The notes beneath the pieces are model-generated. The model saw only the letters and a program-made list of their open reading frames with translations. It had not been told where the DNA came from and did not search any database. Below, in pieces: positions 29,691 through 39,128 of a stretch of DNA of 64,000 bases (its first letter is position 1; every line of letters starts with the position of its first letter). Source of the stretch: an uncultured Chloroflexia bacterium. Its GTDB lineage: Bacteria; Chloroflexota; Limnocylindria; Limnocylindrales; CSP1-4. Made by a program: the position numbers and the translations under genes. The stretch is from assembly GCA_963814125.1 (NCBI GenBank), contig CAWFBR010000007.1:18506-82505 (forward strand). The letters run 5' to 3'.

Positions 29691-31206
29691 CGGGACAGCG
29701 GCTCGATTGGGAGTCGCGCCCCGCGCATCGTTCGCAGCCGTCGATCTCGGCGCCGACAGCGGCCGCGTGATCGAAGGCACTCTGTCCCATGACAAGCTGA
29801 CGCTCAGGAATATCCACCGCTTTCCCAACGGCCCGGTCACGTTGCCCGAGGGGCTGCGCTGGGACGTCCTGGCGCTGTGGTCGGAGATCTCGACCGGCCT
29901 GCGGCGAGCCGCCGGCCGTCGGGGCAGGGGCCGGAGTGAGTTGCGGGCCATCGCCGTCGACACCTGGGGCGTCGACTTCGCGTTGCTCGATCGGCACGGG
30001 ATGCTGCTCGGCAATCCGGCGCACTACCGTGACGAGCGCACGGACGGCATGCTCGAAGAGGCTTGCCGCCTGCTCTCAAGAGAGCGGATCTACCGGACGA
30101 CCGGGACGCAACTTCTCGAGATCAACACCCTCTACCAGCTCCTCTCGCTGGTGCGCCGACCGGGCCGGCTCGACGGCGCGAGCAGGATGCTCATGATGCC
30201 CGACCTGTTCGGCTTCTGGCTTACCGGGCGGGCCGCCACGGAGTTGTCCATTGCGACTACCACGCAGTGTCTCGATGTGGAGGGTCGAGACTGGGCGTTG
30301 CCTCTTCTCGCCGAACTCGGCATACCAACGCGGATCTTCGGCGAAATCGTTCCCGCGGGCCAGGTCCTCGGCACCGTCACGGGCTCGCTGGGACGTGAAG
30401 CCGATCTGGGACGCGTGGCTGTGGTCGCCTGCGGGTCCCACGATACGGCCTCGGCCGCCGCGGCAGTGCCTGCCACCGACCCTGACTTCGCGTGGCTCAG
30501 CTCCGGGACATGGTCGATCATGGGCATCGAGTCGACCGCTCCCATCGTCAATGAGGTGACGATGCGCCACGACCTGAGCAACGAAGCCGGCGTCGGCGGG
30601 CGGTGGCTCTTGCTGCGAACGATGCCCGGCCTGTGGCTCTTGCAGGAGTGCCGAAGAGCCTGGGCGCGCCAGGGGCAGCAGCACTCCTATGCGGACCTCA
30701 CGTGTCTGGCGGAGGAGGCATCGCCTTTCGCCTCGCTGGTCGACCCAGAGGCACCCGAGCTTCAGAAACCCGGCGACATGCCGACCTATATTCGGGAGCT
30801 ATGCCGCCTGACTGGCCAGCCCGTGCCTGAGACGACCGGCGCCGTCGTCCGCTGCGCGTTCGAGAGCCTGGCGCTTCAGTACCGGCGCGCCCTCGCCCGG
30901 CTCGAGGCTGTGGTCGGACATCGACTGAGCCGGATCCACCTCGTGGGTGGCGGCAGCCAGAGCGAGTTGCTCTGCCAGCTGACTGCGGATGCCACTGGGC
31001 GGTCGTGTCTCGCCGGCCCAATCGAGGCAACGGCAATCGGCAGCATCCTCGTGCAGGCGATCGCCGTGGGAGAACTCGGCAGCCTCGAGGAGGGTCGCGA
31101 GATCGTGAGGCGTTCGTTTCCACTTCGCAGATATGAACCCGTCATCGCATCGGAATGGGATGACTCATACGGCCGCTTTCTGGAGTTGAAACATGCCAGT
31201 CAGTGA
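29680..31206 (+). CDS. rhaB: FGGY-family rhamnulokinase-like kinase (candidate L-fuculokinase in this context)
   Basis: Start ATG overlaps the fucI stop. [51 protein letters not shown] and HLVGGG all match RhaB. Confidence 0.9.
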   Translation: MAGSGTAARLGVAPRASFAAVDLGADSGRVIEGTLSHDKLTLRNIHRFPNGPVTLPEGLRWDVLALWSEISTGLRRAAGRRGRGRSELRAIAVDTWGVDFALLDRHGMLLGNPAHYRDERTDGMLEEACRLLSRERIYRTTGTQLLEINTLYQLLSLVRRPGRLDGASRMLMMPDLFGFWLTGRAATELSIATTTQCLDVEGRDWALPLLAELGIPTRIFGEIVPAGQVLGTVTGSLGREADLGRVAVVACGSHDTASAAAAVPATDPDFAWLSSGTWSIMGIESTAPIVNEVTMRHDLSNEAGVGGRWLLLRTMPGLWLLQECRRAWARQGQQHSYADLTCLAEEASPFASLVDPEAPELQKPGDMPTYIRELCRLTGQPVPETTGAVVRCAFESLALQYRRALARLEAVVGHRLSRIHLVGGGSQSELLCQLTADATGRSCLAGPIEATAIGSILVQAIAVGELGSLEEGREIVRRSFPLRRYEPVIASEWDDSYGRFLELKHASQ

Positions 31207-32017
31207 ATCTCCGCCAAGCCTCGAGTCGGTGGTCCGATCGATCGGCCGTGCGGGTCGGCGGCTCGTCGAGCTTGGGGCTTGCGAAGGCGCCGCCGGCAAC
31301 ATCTCCGTCGCCTTCCGTGACTTGCCCGAGGTCGGCTCGCTCTTCCCGAATGTCGAGACCCTCACCTTGCCGACTGCGGTTCCGGAGCTGGCAGGGGCGA
31401 CCTTCGTGGCAACCGGCTCGGGATGCCGGCTGCGTGATGTGCTCGACGACCCACAGGCGAACCTTGGCTGCCTTGTGGTGGATTCCGGTGGAACCACCGG
31501 GAAGCTGTTCAGTTCGCCGCGGCGGCTGTTCGTCCGCCTCACGAGCGAGCTCAACTCGCATATCGCGGTCCATCGACGCCAGCTATTGGCGTCCGGCCGG
31601 GAGTTCCACGCGCTTGTCCATGCACATGCCCCGAACCTCACGTTCCTGAGCCACGTGCCCGGATATCAGGATCAGGCTCATCTCAACCGGCGGCTGATGC
31701 GCTGGGAGCCCGAGACGATCATCTTCCTGAGTGAGGGGATCGGCGTCGCGCCGTTCAACGTTCCCGGATCGCCCGGCCTAATGGAGTCGACGGAGCGCCT
31801 GCTCGACCGTCACCAGCTCGTCGTCTGGGGAAAGCACGGTGTAATCGCACGCTCCTTCGAGTCGGTTGAAGGGGCGCTCGACCGGATCGAGTACGCCGAA
31901 ACCGCCGCCCGCTACGAGTACATGGATATCGTGGCCGGTACACAAGCGCCAGGCATGAGCGAGGATGAGATCCGGGCAGTCTGCGCGTTTCATCAAGTCG
32001 ACCAGTCGATCGTGTAG
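31193..32017 (+). CDS. rhaD: Class II aldolase, rhamnulose-1-phosphate aldolase-like (candidate L-fuculose-1-P aldolase here)
   Basis: 274 aa. FVATGSGCRLRDVLDDPQANLGCL, HFLSH-like His cluster (HALVHAHAPN) and VVWGKHGV parallel the E. coli RhaD motifs. Confidence 0.85.
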   Translation: MPVSESPPSLESVVRSIGRAGRRLVELGACEGAAGNISVAFRDLPEVGSLFPNVETLTLPTAVPELAGATFVATGSGCRLRDVLDDPQANLGCLVVDSGGTTGKLFSSPRRLFVRLTSELNSHIAVHRRQLLASGREFHALVHAHAPNLTFLSHVPGYQDQAHLNRRLMRWEPETIIFLSEGIGVAPFNVPGSPGLMESTERLLDRHQLVVWGKHGVIARSFESVEGALDRIEYAETAARYEYMDIVAGTQAPGMSEDEIRAVCAFHQVDQSIV

Positions 32018-32035
32018 GAGCGGTTTGGAGGCGCG

Positions 32036-32530
32036 GTGGCGTACATGGGCTCGTATGTGTGGCGGCTCAGGCAGCTCGTCGGAAGCGAGCTCATCGTCAT
32101 GCCCGCCGCCCAGGTGCTCCTGCTCGACGGCACCGATCGGGTATACCTCCAGCGGCGAAGGGACCTGGGAGTGTGGGAGTTGCCGTCCGGGACGTGCGAG
32201 CCGGGCAGCACGTTCGCGCAGACGGCGAAGGAGGAGGTCCGCGAGGAGACCGGCCTTACGTTGGACGTGCCGAACCTTGTTGCCTACGCGTGCATCTCCG
32301 ACCCCGGCGTCCACACCATTACGTACCCGAACGGCGACAGGACGCACTGCTTCTCGATTTGCTTCTTCGCCAGGCACTGGACCGGAGACATCGAGGTCGA
32401 GGCATCGGAAGTGCTCGAGGGGGCGTTCTTTTCGAAGTCGCATCTCCCGGACCCGCTCCACCCGGCCACGAAGCTGGCGCTTGAGCTCCACACGCGGTTC
32501 ACCGAATCGGCCGTATTCCAGGTTCGGTAG
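32036..32530 (+). CDS. NUDIX hydrolase
   Basis: Nudix box GTCEPGSTFAQTAKEEVREETGL. Confidence 0.8.
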   Translation: MAYMGSYVWRLRQLVGSELIVMPAAQVLLLDGTDRVYLQRRRDLGVWELPSGTCEPGSTFAQTAKEEVREETGLTLDVPNLVAYACISDPGVHTITYPNGDRTHCFSICFFARHWTGDIEVEASEVLEGAFFSKSHLPDPLHPATKLALELHTRFTESAVFQVR

Positions 32531-32603
32531 AGCCGGCACCCGAGGCGGCGGCGCGATTTGCGGCCCTGGATCTCAGTGGCGGCCTTGCCTGGCCAAGAGC
32601 GCG

Positions 32604-33638
32604 CTATTTCCGGGCTGCGGAGAGAAAGCGGACCAGGTCGAGCCCGTCGGTCTCCAGCGCAGCCGCGGTTTCGGGGCGGAGTTCTTCGAATGGCGTGATC
32701 TCCAACCCGCGCGATCGCATGCGCCAGAGTCCGGCGGCTCGGCCGCCGACCAGCGCGATCGCTCGGAACATACCGTTCATGGTCACAACATCGGCGTGAT
32801 CGCCGACGATCTCAGCTCGCGAGGCCCAGCCATGGAGGATCGGGTCGAACTGACCCAGCAGGCGCGGCGGCGGTAGACCGTACTCAGCGTCGCGGTTCCG
32901 AAGGTCCAGCATGTCGTCGGGGCGTTCGACGATCTCCGAACCTATCGCCGCCAGGGCCGCCCTGGAATCCGTCAGGCTCAGGCCGACCCATTTCCCCAGA
33001 TCTCTGGCCGTTGCCGGTCCGTGTCCCGCCAGATAGCGACGGGCCAGTTCTGCGAGTGCGCGTGCTCGATCAAACGTAGGTGGGTCGCCCAGCCATTCGC
33101 GGGTGAGCACGTAGCAGTGCTGGGTGCCGACGATCGGACCTCGAACGATCAGTCCGCGGAAACTGGCGAGCGCGATCGTGTGGACGATCGCCTGGCCCTC
33201 AGTTCTGATGCCCGCGGCCGCGACGCGGTCGCGAAGCTCGTCCCGGCTAAGTGGCCCGCTCGAGGCCAGCGCGCGCTCGATGATACCGACGGCCTTTTCG
33301 GCCGCTTCTGGGGGAACTTGCTCTTCGCGAAGGCGTGTGGCATTCCAAGCCAGCATTCGGGGCGCGGTCAGGCCGTGCAACCAGTGGTAATCGTCGCTGC
33401 GGACCAGATGAAGCGTGCCTCGGTTGAGCCAGGTAATGAGCAGGGAACGGTCGTCGGTCAGGGCGCGGTCCACGTCTCCTGCCGTGAGGCCCCGACTTCG
33501 GGCGCGGATGGCCAGCCGCGCTCCGCGCGGATCCTGACCCTGGACAGCCAGCAATCGCTGCACCACGGCGAGCGGGCTGACGGCGGGATCGCCGGTGAGG
33601 AGTTGCGATCGGAACCGGGACGGCCAGACGTCGGACAT
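32604..33638 (-). CDS. Winged-helix DNA-binding protein of the YcaQ/AlkZ (HTH_42) family, putative DNA glycosylase
   Basis: Internal start MSDVWPSRFRSQLL (about 345 aa). QxQ-like and C-terminal wHTH regions typical of the HTH_42/AlkZ family. Confidence 0.65.
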   Translation of the reverse strand: MSDVWPSRFRSQLLTGDPAVSPLAVVQRLLAVQGQDPRGARLAIRARSRGLTAGDVDRALTDDRSLLITWLNRGTLHLVRSDDYHWLHGLTAPRMLAWNATRLREEQVPPEAAEKAVGIIERALASSGPLSRDELRDRVAAAGIRTEGQAIVHTIALASFRGLIVRGPIVGTQHCYVLTREWLGDPPTFDRARALAELARRYLAGHGPATARDLGKWVGLSLTDSRAALAAIGSEIVERPDDMLDLRNRDAEYGLPPPRLLGQFDPILHGWASRAEIVGDHADVVTMNGMFRAIALVGGRAAGLWRMRSRGLEITPFEELRPETAAALETDGLDLVRFLSAARK

Positions 33639-33869
33639 CGGCTGGGACGGGATTTGACTCACGGTGCTGACCTGGCAGCGGGCAGTCGGCAAGAGGCACA
33701 TGTGTTTCGCGTTGTGGACTTGGATACCAGTATCGTCAGGTTCTGCGAAAGTCGCCCAGCAGCAGGCCGCGGTGGGCGAACGGGCCACCTACTGGCCTTC
33801 GACTCGACCGTGCCTTGACCGCCTCGGCCGACAACGTCCAGAAGGTTCTCGCTGCAAGCGCGCCCTGGA

Positions 33870-36131
33870 TCACCTCCAGGTGATGACGAGTTGCGGCGGA
33901 TGGGCGCCCGAACGCGACGACAGCGAAAGGGCCGTGCTGCTCGAAGTGGAGAGGCCGAAGCTGTAGGTTCCGTTGCCGCCGATCGCGGCGGTCACATCGA
34001 CGCTGGTCCAGGTTCCGGCGGCGATCTTGCCCGAGCTCCCGAGCCTGGTGGAGCCGCACGGCGGCGCGTTGGCGGCCGTGACCGCGGTTTCGCCCCAGGC
34101 GGTGTCGGCCACCGCGCATACGTCATAGCCGGTCGTCTGAGCCGAGTTTGCGTAGACGCGCAGCACAGCCGACGCCACCCTCCCACTGACTCCAGTCACG
34201 TTGAAGCGCAGGAACGTGCGGACGACCGGCGAGCCATCGACTCGAAGCTGGACCTGCGAGCCGAAGTTGGACCCGGGGGCGGATGCGTTGACGTAACTGT
34301 CGGCGGCGGGTACGACCGTGACGCTACCCGGAGATCCGCTCGGAGCCAACGTTGGGCCCGGCGTCGGCGGGGCAGTGGTCGCGGTCGGGGTCGGACTCGG
34401 GGTCGCGGTCGGGGTCGGACTCGGGGTCGCGGTTGGGGTCGGACTCGGGGTCGCGGTCGGCGGGCTCGTGGGAGCGGTCGGCGCCGCCGTGGGTGCGGGC
34501 GATGGCGTCAACGTAGCGCTGCCCCCGACCCACGTCACGATCAGCTGCGGCGGGTTGGAGCCCTCGCGCGAGGAGAGCGACACGGCCGTGGCGTTGGCGG
34601 TGGAGAGCGCGAAGCTGTACGTTCCGTTGCCGCCGACCGCCGAGGTCACGTTGACGCTGGTCCATGTGCCCGCGACGATCCTGCCAGAGCTCCCGAGGGT
34701 GGTCGAGCCATAAGGCGGCGCGTTGGCGTTGTCGAGCGCGGTCTCGCTCCAGACGTTGTCGGAGACCGGATGGACGTCGTAGCCGGTCGTTTGGGCGGTG
34801 TTGGCATAGACGCGCAGGATCGCGGACGACACGGTCCCGCCCACGCCGGCGACGTCGAAGCGGAGATAGGAGCGGACCGCCGGCGCGCCGTCGAAGCGAA
34901 GCGTGGCGAGGGTCCCATGGGTGGCGGACGGGTTGGACGCGTCGACGTAGCTGTCGGCCGAAGGGGCGAAAGTCGCCGAGCCGCCAGCCGGCGCGCCGGA
35001 GCTGGCCGAAGCGCTCGGGCTCGGGCTCGGACTCGGACTCGGGCTCGGACTCGGGCTCGTGCTCGGGCTCGGACTCGTGCTCGGGCTCGGACTCGTGCTC
35101 GGGCTCATGGTGGGGTTCGCGGCCGCGGCGTTGTGGCAGGTGGCCGAGCCGCTGTCGGTGAAGGCTCCGGTCGCGGGCTCGAAGTTCCAGGAGTAGCCGC
35201 CGGCGTGAAGCGTCAGGGCGAGCACCCCGAACGAGGTCGTGTTGCGAACCACGCTGTTGGCGGCGACGGCCGCGATCGAGGTGTGGTTGGCCCCGCCCGT
35301 ACCGACGATGAATTCACGGATGCCGTTGGGATCAGCGACGCCGTTGGCGTCCTGGGGATCGAAGCGTTCGTAGATGTGGTCGTGGCCGTCGAGTACCAGG
35401 TCGGCGTGGGCCGCATAGAGCTGCGTCCATATCGACTTGGTGTTGTTGTTGGCCCGGCCGCCGGAGCTGAAGAGGGGTATGTGCCAGTAGGCCAGGATGC
35501 ACTGGTTCTGATGAGCGGCCAGGTCGGCGGCGAGCCACTTGCCCTGTGGTGTAGATGCGCCGCAGCCGCCGGCGCTCGAGCAGTTGGAGTTGATCGCAAT
35601 CAGATGCCAGGCGCCGACGTCGAAGCTGTAGTAACCCGCGCCCTGGCTGCCCGCCGCGGAGCCGAAGTAGGCGAAGTAGCCGGCCGCGTTGGCGTTGGAG
35701 CTGTCGCAGCCGATCGTGGGCGTCGAGCCGCCCGCCGTCAGGTATTCGTGGTTGCCGGGAATCGGATGCGTGATCGATTTGACGCGGCCCCAGGTGGGAT
35801 CGTAGGCCTGCTGATATTCGGCCAGGCTGCCGCAATAGTGCTGGTCCCCGAGCGCCAGGACCGCGCTGAAGTTCCCGCCAACCAGCAGATCCGAAGTCGC
35901 CTTCTGGCGGCACGTGTCGGGACTGAGCGTTCCGTTCAGGTTGTTGTAGTGGGGGTCCAGCGGGTCGCAACCGTAGTCGCCCGCAGCGGCGATCACCGGG
36001 TCACCTGCGGCCAACACCGGTTCGCGCAAGCCCGCGAACATGGCCGTGCCGGCGAGCATCATCGAGGCCACGAGCACCAGGCGGCTTCCCAGCCTCAGGC
36101 CGGACCGAAGACCCCAATCCCGGGTACGCAT
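33870..36131 (-). CDS. Secreted calcineurin-like metallophosphoesterase (purple-acid-phosphatase-like) with PS/PT linkers and two tandem C-terminal beta-sandwich modules (DNRLRE/CBM96-like)
   Basis: Start MRTRDW with signal/TM. Metallophosphatase motifs (GDYGCD, GDQHY, GNHEY, GHDHIYER). Two roughly 170-aa repeats with about 60% identity (ADSYV[DN]AS.P...LRFDV.GV...LRVYAN.AQTTGYDV...TW). Confidence 0.8.
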   Translation of the reverse strand: MRTRDWGLRSGLRLGSRLVLVASMMLAGTAMFAGLREPVLAAGDPVIAAAGDYGCDPLDPHYNNLNGTLSPDTCRQKATSDLLVGGNFSAVLALGDQHYCGSLAEYQQAYDPTWGRVKSITHPIPGNHEYLTAGGSTPTIGCDSSNANAAGYFAYFGSAAGSQGAGYYSFDVGAWHLIAINSNCSSAGGCGASTPQGKWLAADLAAHQNQCILAYWHIPLFSSGGRANNNTKSIWTQLYAAHADLVLDGHDHIYERFDPQDANGVADPNGIREFIVGTGGANHTSIAAVAANSVVRNTTSFGVLALTLHAGGYSWNFEPATGAFTDSGSATCHNAAAANPTMSPSTSPSPSTSPSPSTSPSPSPSPSPSPSPSASASSGAPAGGSATFAPSADSYVDASNPSATHGTLATLRFDGAPAVRSYLRFDVAGVGGTVSSAILRVYANTAQTTGYDVHPVSDNVWSETALDNANAPPYGSTTLGSSGRIVAGTWTSVNVTSAVGGNGTYSFALSTANATAVSLSSREGSNPPQLIVTWVGGSATLTPSPAPTAAPTAPTSPPTATPSPTPTATPSPTPTATPSPTPTATTAPPTPGPTLAPSGSPGSVTVVPAADSYVNASAPGSNFGSQVQLRVDGSPVVRTFLRFNVTGVSGRVASAVLRVYANSAQTTGYDVCAVADTAWGETAVTAANAPPCGSTRLGSSGKIAAGTWTSVDVTAAIGGNGTYSFGLSTSSSTALSLSSRSGAHPPQLVITWR
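34385..34470. repeat. Tandem 24-nt coding repeat (about 3.5 copies) encoding a TPSPTPTA linker
   Basis: GTCGCGGTCGGGGTCGGACTCGGG repeated head-to-tail. Confidence 0.7.
35013..35106. repeat. Tandem hexa/dodecanucleotide coding repeat (CTCGGGCTCGGACTCG...) encoding a (SP)n linker
   Basis: Read directly in the sequence. Confidence 0.7.
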
Positions 36132-36597
36132 ACGCACCCTCTTCGTTGCCCGAGCATTCGGCGACGCCGAGCCCGCGCAACCGCACGAGGCGGACCGTAA
36201 CCCCGCCGGTCCTATCCGGAAAGGGCCGAAAGTAGCCCATTCGTACTGTGACCTACCCGATCGGCCCCACCCGCTGCCGGGCCGCCGAGCGTTCCGCTGC
36301 CGCAAGTCGACCTTCTCGATTGGCAGGCTCCGCGTCAGCGCGACCACAGCGACCTGGATGCTCCGGGCAGGCTCGCGCGCAGCCGCACTGCCGGGGGGAA
36401 CAAGCAATAGCCGCGGACCCGGTTGGACGGGACGCCGGGCTAGGATAGCTACCCAGTTCATCCTGGCTGCGGCCGGCACACCCGGATCGCCGGTTCGCTG
36501 GCTGGCCGATCAGATCGTCGAGCGGGTGCTGGCCCGCAGGGCATAGGGACGGAGATTTGAGAGACGACACGACTACGTCGTTTCCAGGGAGGAAATC

Positions 36598-37062
36598 ATG
36601 TCGTACACGGTTGACTTCACCAACGTCTCGACCATCGGTCTGGAGTCCTCGCCGGTGGCGCCCGCGCTCGCCGGCCTCCGTGCGAACGAGGCTCGCTACT
36701 TCAAGAACAAATACGACCACAACTTCACGGTCGAGCCGGCGAGCGAAGCCAGGGAGACCATCGACTGGGTGCACCGCATCCTCTCGGAGGAGCGCGCCCT
36801 CGTCATCTCATCCCGCCCTCTCGAGGCGACGATCTTCCAGGTCGAGAACCTCAAGTGGGCCTACGTCTTTTACGAGAGCGGCCTGTCGATCAACGTGCTG
36901 TACAGCCTCGACGATGCCGGCAAGCGAGCGGTGGGGTTCAAGCTCTCCGACGGAATGGAAGTTCCCGCCGAACTCGCATCGCGGTTCAAGTTCGCCAGAC
37001 AGAAGTCCAAGCTGGCCGGAACCATCCGGGGTTCGTTCTTCGTGATCAAAGGCGAGTACTGA
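36598..37062 (+). CDS. Hypothetical protein (no recognisable family)
   Basis: Strong RBS GGGAGGAAATC-ATG. 154 aa with good codon periodicity. Slightly lower GC than its neighbours. Confidence 0.6.
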   Translation: MSYTVDFTNVSTIGLESSPVAPALAGLRANEARYFKNKYDHNFTVEPASEARETIDWVHRILSEERALVISSRPLEATIFQVENLKWAYVFYESGLSINVLYSLDDAGKRAVGFKLSDGMEVPAELASRFKFARQKSKLAGTIRGSFFVIKGEY

Positions 37063-37142
37063 CCTCGGCACGGACGCGCCCCTCGGCTCAGGATTGGCTC
37101 CAGCGGCTGCAGCGGCGTCTGGGAGATGGAGGACAAAGACCT

Positions 37143-37703
37143 GTGGGTCGATTGATCTACTTGATGAACGTATCTCTCGACGGCTTCATCGAGACCCCCG
37201 ATCGCTCTCTCGACTGGACGATCGTGGACGAGGAGCTGCACACCTGGTTCAACGACCAACTCCGCGGCACAGACGCGACGCTATACGGCCGGCGGCTGTA
37301 CGAGGTCATGGCCGCCTACTGGCCGACCGCCGAATCGGACCCGTCAGCGACAGCCGCCACGCTCGAATTCGCCCGGATCTGGAACGCGAAACCCAGGATC
37401 GTGTTCTCGTCCACGATCGCCGCGGTCGACCCGGGCAGCCGGCTCGTGCGCGGCGACGCCGTCGCGGAGCTGACGCGGCTGCGGGCCGAGTTCGACGGCG
37501 AGCTGGCCGTCGCCGGGCCCACGCTGGCGTCGGCCTTCATCCGGGCCGGACTTGTCGACGAGTATCGGGTCGTCGTACACCCGGTCATCCTGGGGGCGGG
37601 GACGCCGTTCTTCCCGAAGCTCGAGACGCCCATTCGACTGCGGCTGACGGAGACCCGGAGGTTCGAGTCGGGCGCGATGTATCTGAGCTACGCCGCGGAA
37701 TAG
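37143..37703 (+). CDS. Dihydrofolate reductase family protein (RibD C-terminal domain)
   Basis: GTG start. VGRLIYLMNVSLDGFIETPDRSLDW is the canonical RibD_C N-terminus. Confidence 0.8.
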   Translation: MGRLIYLMNVSLDGFIETPDRSLDWTIVDEELHTWFNDQLRGTDATLYGRRLYEVMAAYWPTAESDPSATAATLEFARIWNAKPRIVFSSTIAAVDPGSRLVRGDAVAELTRLRAEFDGELAVAGPTLASAFIRAGLVDEYRVVVHPVILGAGTPFFPKLETPIRLRLTETRRFESGAMYLSYAAE

Positions 37704-37822
37704 GGGAGTCGCGGGGGCGCAAGGCTCGCCGTTACGATGCCGTCGCATCAGTCGCTGAAAAGGCCGGCTTGATCGCACGGCGGGAAGCCACGGGTCAACA
37801 AGAGCACCCACCGGCCGCGGGC

Positions 37823-38236
37823 TCAGGCGTCGGGGCCTCGTCGCAGGCGCTCGAGCTCGCGCCGGAGACGCTTGCCGGGCCGGCCCTCCCCGCGGATCCG
37901 CCTCATCCCGGGCTCGGCCCCAAGCCCGGCCTCCGTCATGACCGGGCTATGATCCACGTAACAGGCAGCGGCGGCGAGGGCCCCAACCCGCGACTCGATC
38001 GGCCGCACGACCTCGATGACGCGCTCGCGATCCGCGATGAGAGCCTCCACCCGATCACCGGAGCGGACCTTGGTCGAGGGTTTCGCCGGTAACCCGTTCA
38101 CGAGGACGTGGCCACCCTCGCACAGCCGCGTCGCGAGCGGGCGAGTCTTCACGAGCCGCACCGCGCACAGCCAGCGGTCGATGCGCGTCTCGTCGGCGGC
38201 AATGGGATCAGTCACGCGACCTGCAGTGGATGTCAT
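37823..38236 (-). CDS. S4-domain RNA-binding protein (Hsp15/YlmH-like)
   Basis: TRIDRWLCAVRLVKTRPLATRLCEGGHVLVNG is an S4 motif. Confidence 0.7.
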   Translation of the reverse strand: MTSTAGRVTDPIAADETRIDRWLCAVRLVKTRPLATRLCEGGHVLVNGLPAKPSTKVRSGDRVEALIADRERVIEVVRPIESRVGALAAAACYVDHSPVMTEAGLGAEPGMRRIRGEGRPGKRLRRELERLRRGPDA

Positions 38237-38480
38237 CTCAGGAGGCAACTCCCATCTTCGGCTGCTCGGCTTCGATCTTATCGGAGCCGCCCGGGCGGAA
38301 GGTGGCGATTCCCACGTGCCGGATTGTCGTGCCGCCAGCGATTGAGTCGGCGCTTCGGAAGGCGGGATAGAGGCCAGTCCGACGGAGCCGATCCGGCCTG
38401 GTTGCGGTCGGCCAGTGGCCGGAGAAAGTCAGCGACTCGATCGATCCTCTTGACGCCAGACTGACCAAGCGTTTAGTCTG

Positions 38481-38496
38481 CTGAACATGAGTTCAG
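38481..38496. promoter_or_regulatory. Inverted repeat CTGAAC-ATGA-GTTCAG overlapping the TetR start codon; putative TetR operator
   Basis: Perfect 6-bp arms, read directly. Confidence 0.4.
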
Positions 38497-39122
38497 CCAT
38501 CGACCCCGGCGACCTGACCGCCCGGGCCACCATCCGGAATGCCGCGTTGCGGCTCTTTGGCGAGCGTGGCCCGGACGCGGTCACCGTGCGCGAAATCGCC
38601 ACCCAGGCCGGCGTCTCGCCGGCGCTCGTCCTCCACCACTTCGGGAGCAAGGACGGCCTGCGCGCCGAGGTCGACGCGTTCGCCGCACACGCGTTCGACG
38701 CGATCCTCGAGGCCGTGCCGACCGACGAGCTCGTCGAGCTGCTTACCGGCGGTTCGCCGAGGGGCTCGCTCGCCGAGGCATTCGCCCGGGGCTTCCCACC
38801 CAGCTCGCCGCTGCCCGCGTATCTGCGCCGGCTCCTCCTCACGAACGATCCGGCTGGTGCCGCGCTGTTCGGACGGTGGTATGCCGCCACGCGGAGCATT
38901 CTCGACGCAATGGTCGAGATGGGCGTCGCGCGGCCGAGCGAGGACCCCAGTGTCCTGGCGGCGTTCTTCCTGGTCAACGACCTCGCCCTGATCCTCTTGC
39001 GAAACCCGATCGCCGCGGCCATCGGTGCCGACCCGCTGACCCCCGAAGGGATGGAGCGGTGGGCCCGAGAAGCCAGCATCGTCTACGCCGAGGGCGCGTT
39101 TCGCGCCCCGCAGAAGGAGTAA
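38487..39122 (+). CDS. TetR family transcriptional regulator
   Basis: HTH: ATIRNAALRLFGERGPDAVTVREIATQAGVSPALVLHHFGSKDGL. Confidence 0.85.
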   Translation: MSSAIDPGDLTARATIRNAALRLFGERGPDAVTVREIATQAGVSPALVLHHFGSKDGLRAEVDAFAAHAFDAILEAVPTDELVELLTGGSPRGSLAEAFARGFPPSSPLPAYLRRLLLTNDPAGAALFGRWYAATRSILDAMVEMGVARPSEDPSVLAAFFLVNDLALILLRNPIAAAIGADPLTPEGMERWAREASIVYAEGAFRAPQKE

Positions 39123-39128
39123 CACCCC

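Noticed and set aside
27903-30014. 703-aa minus-strand ORF
   Set aside because: Antisense to fucI and rhaB, whose translations are near-colinear with characterised enzymes. No domain signal.
33891-36200. 769-aa plus-strand ORF
   Set aside because: Antisense to the metallophosphoesterase gene. Its translation is Arg/Gly/Ala low-complexity, including repetitive RARTRTRA stretches mirroring the PS-linker DNA repeats.
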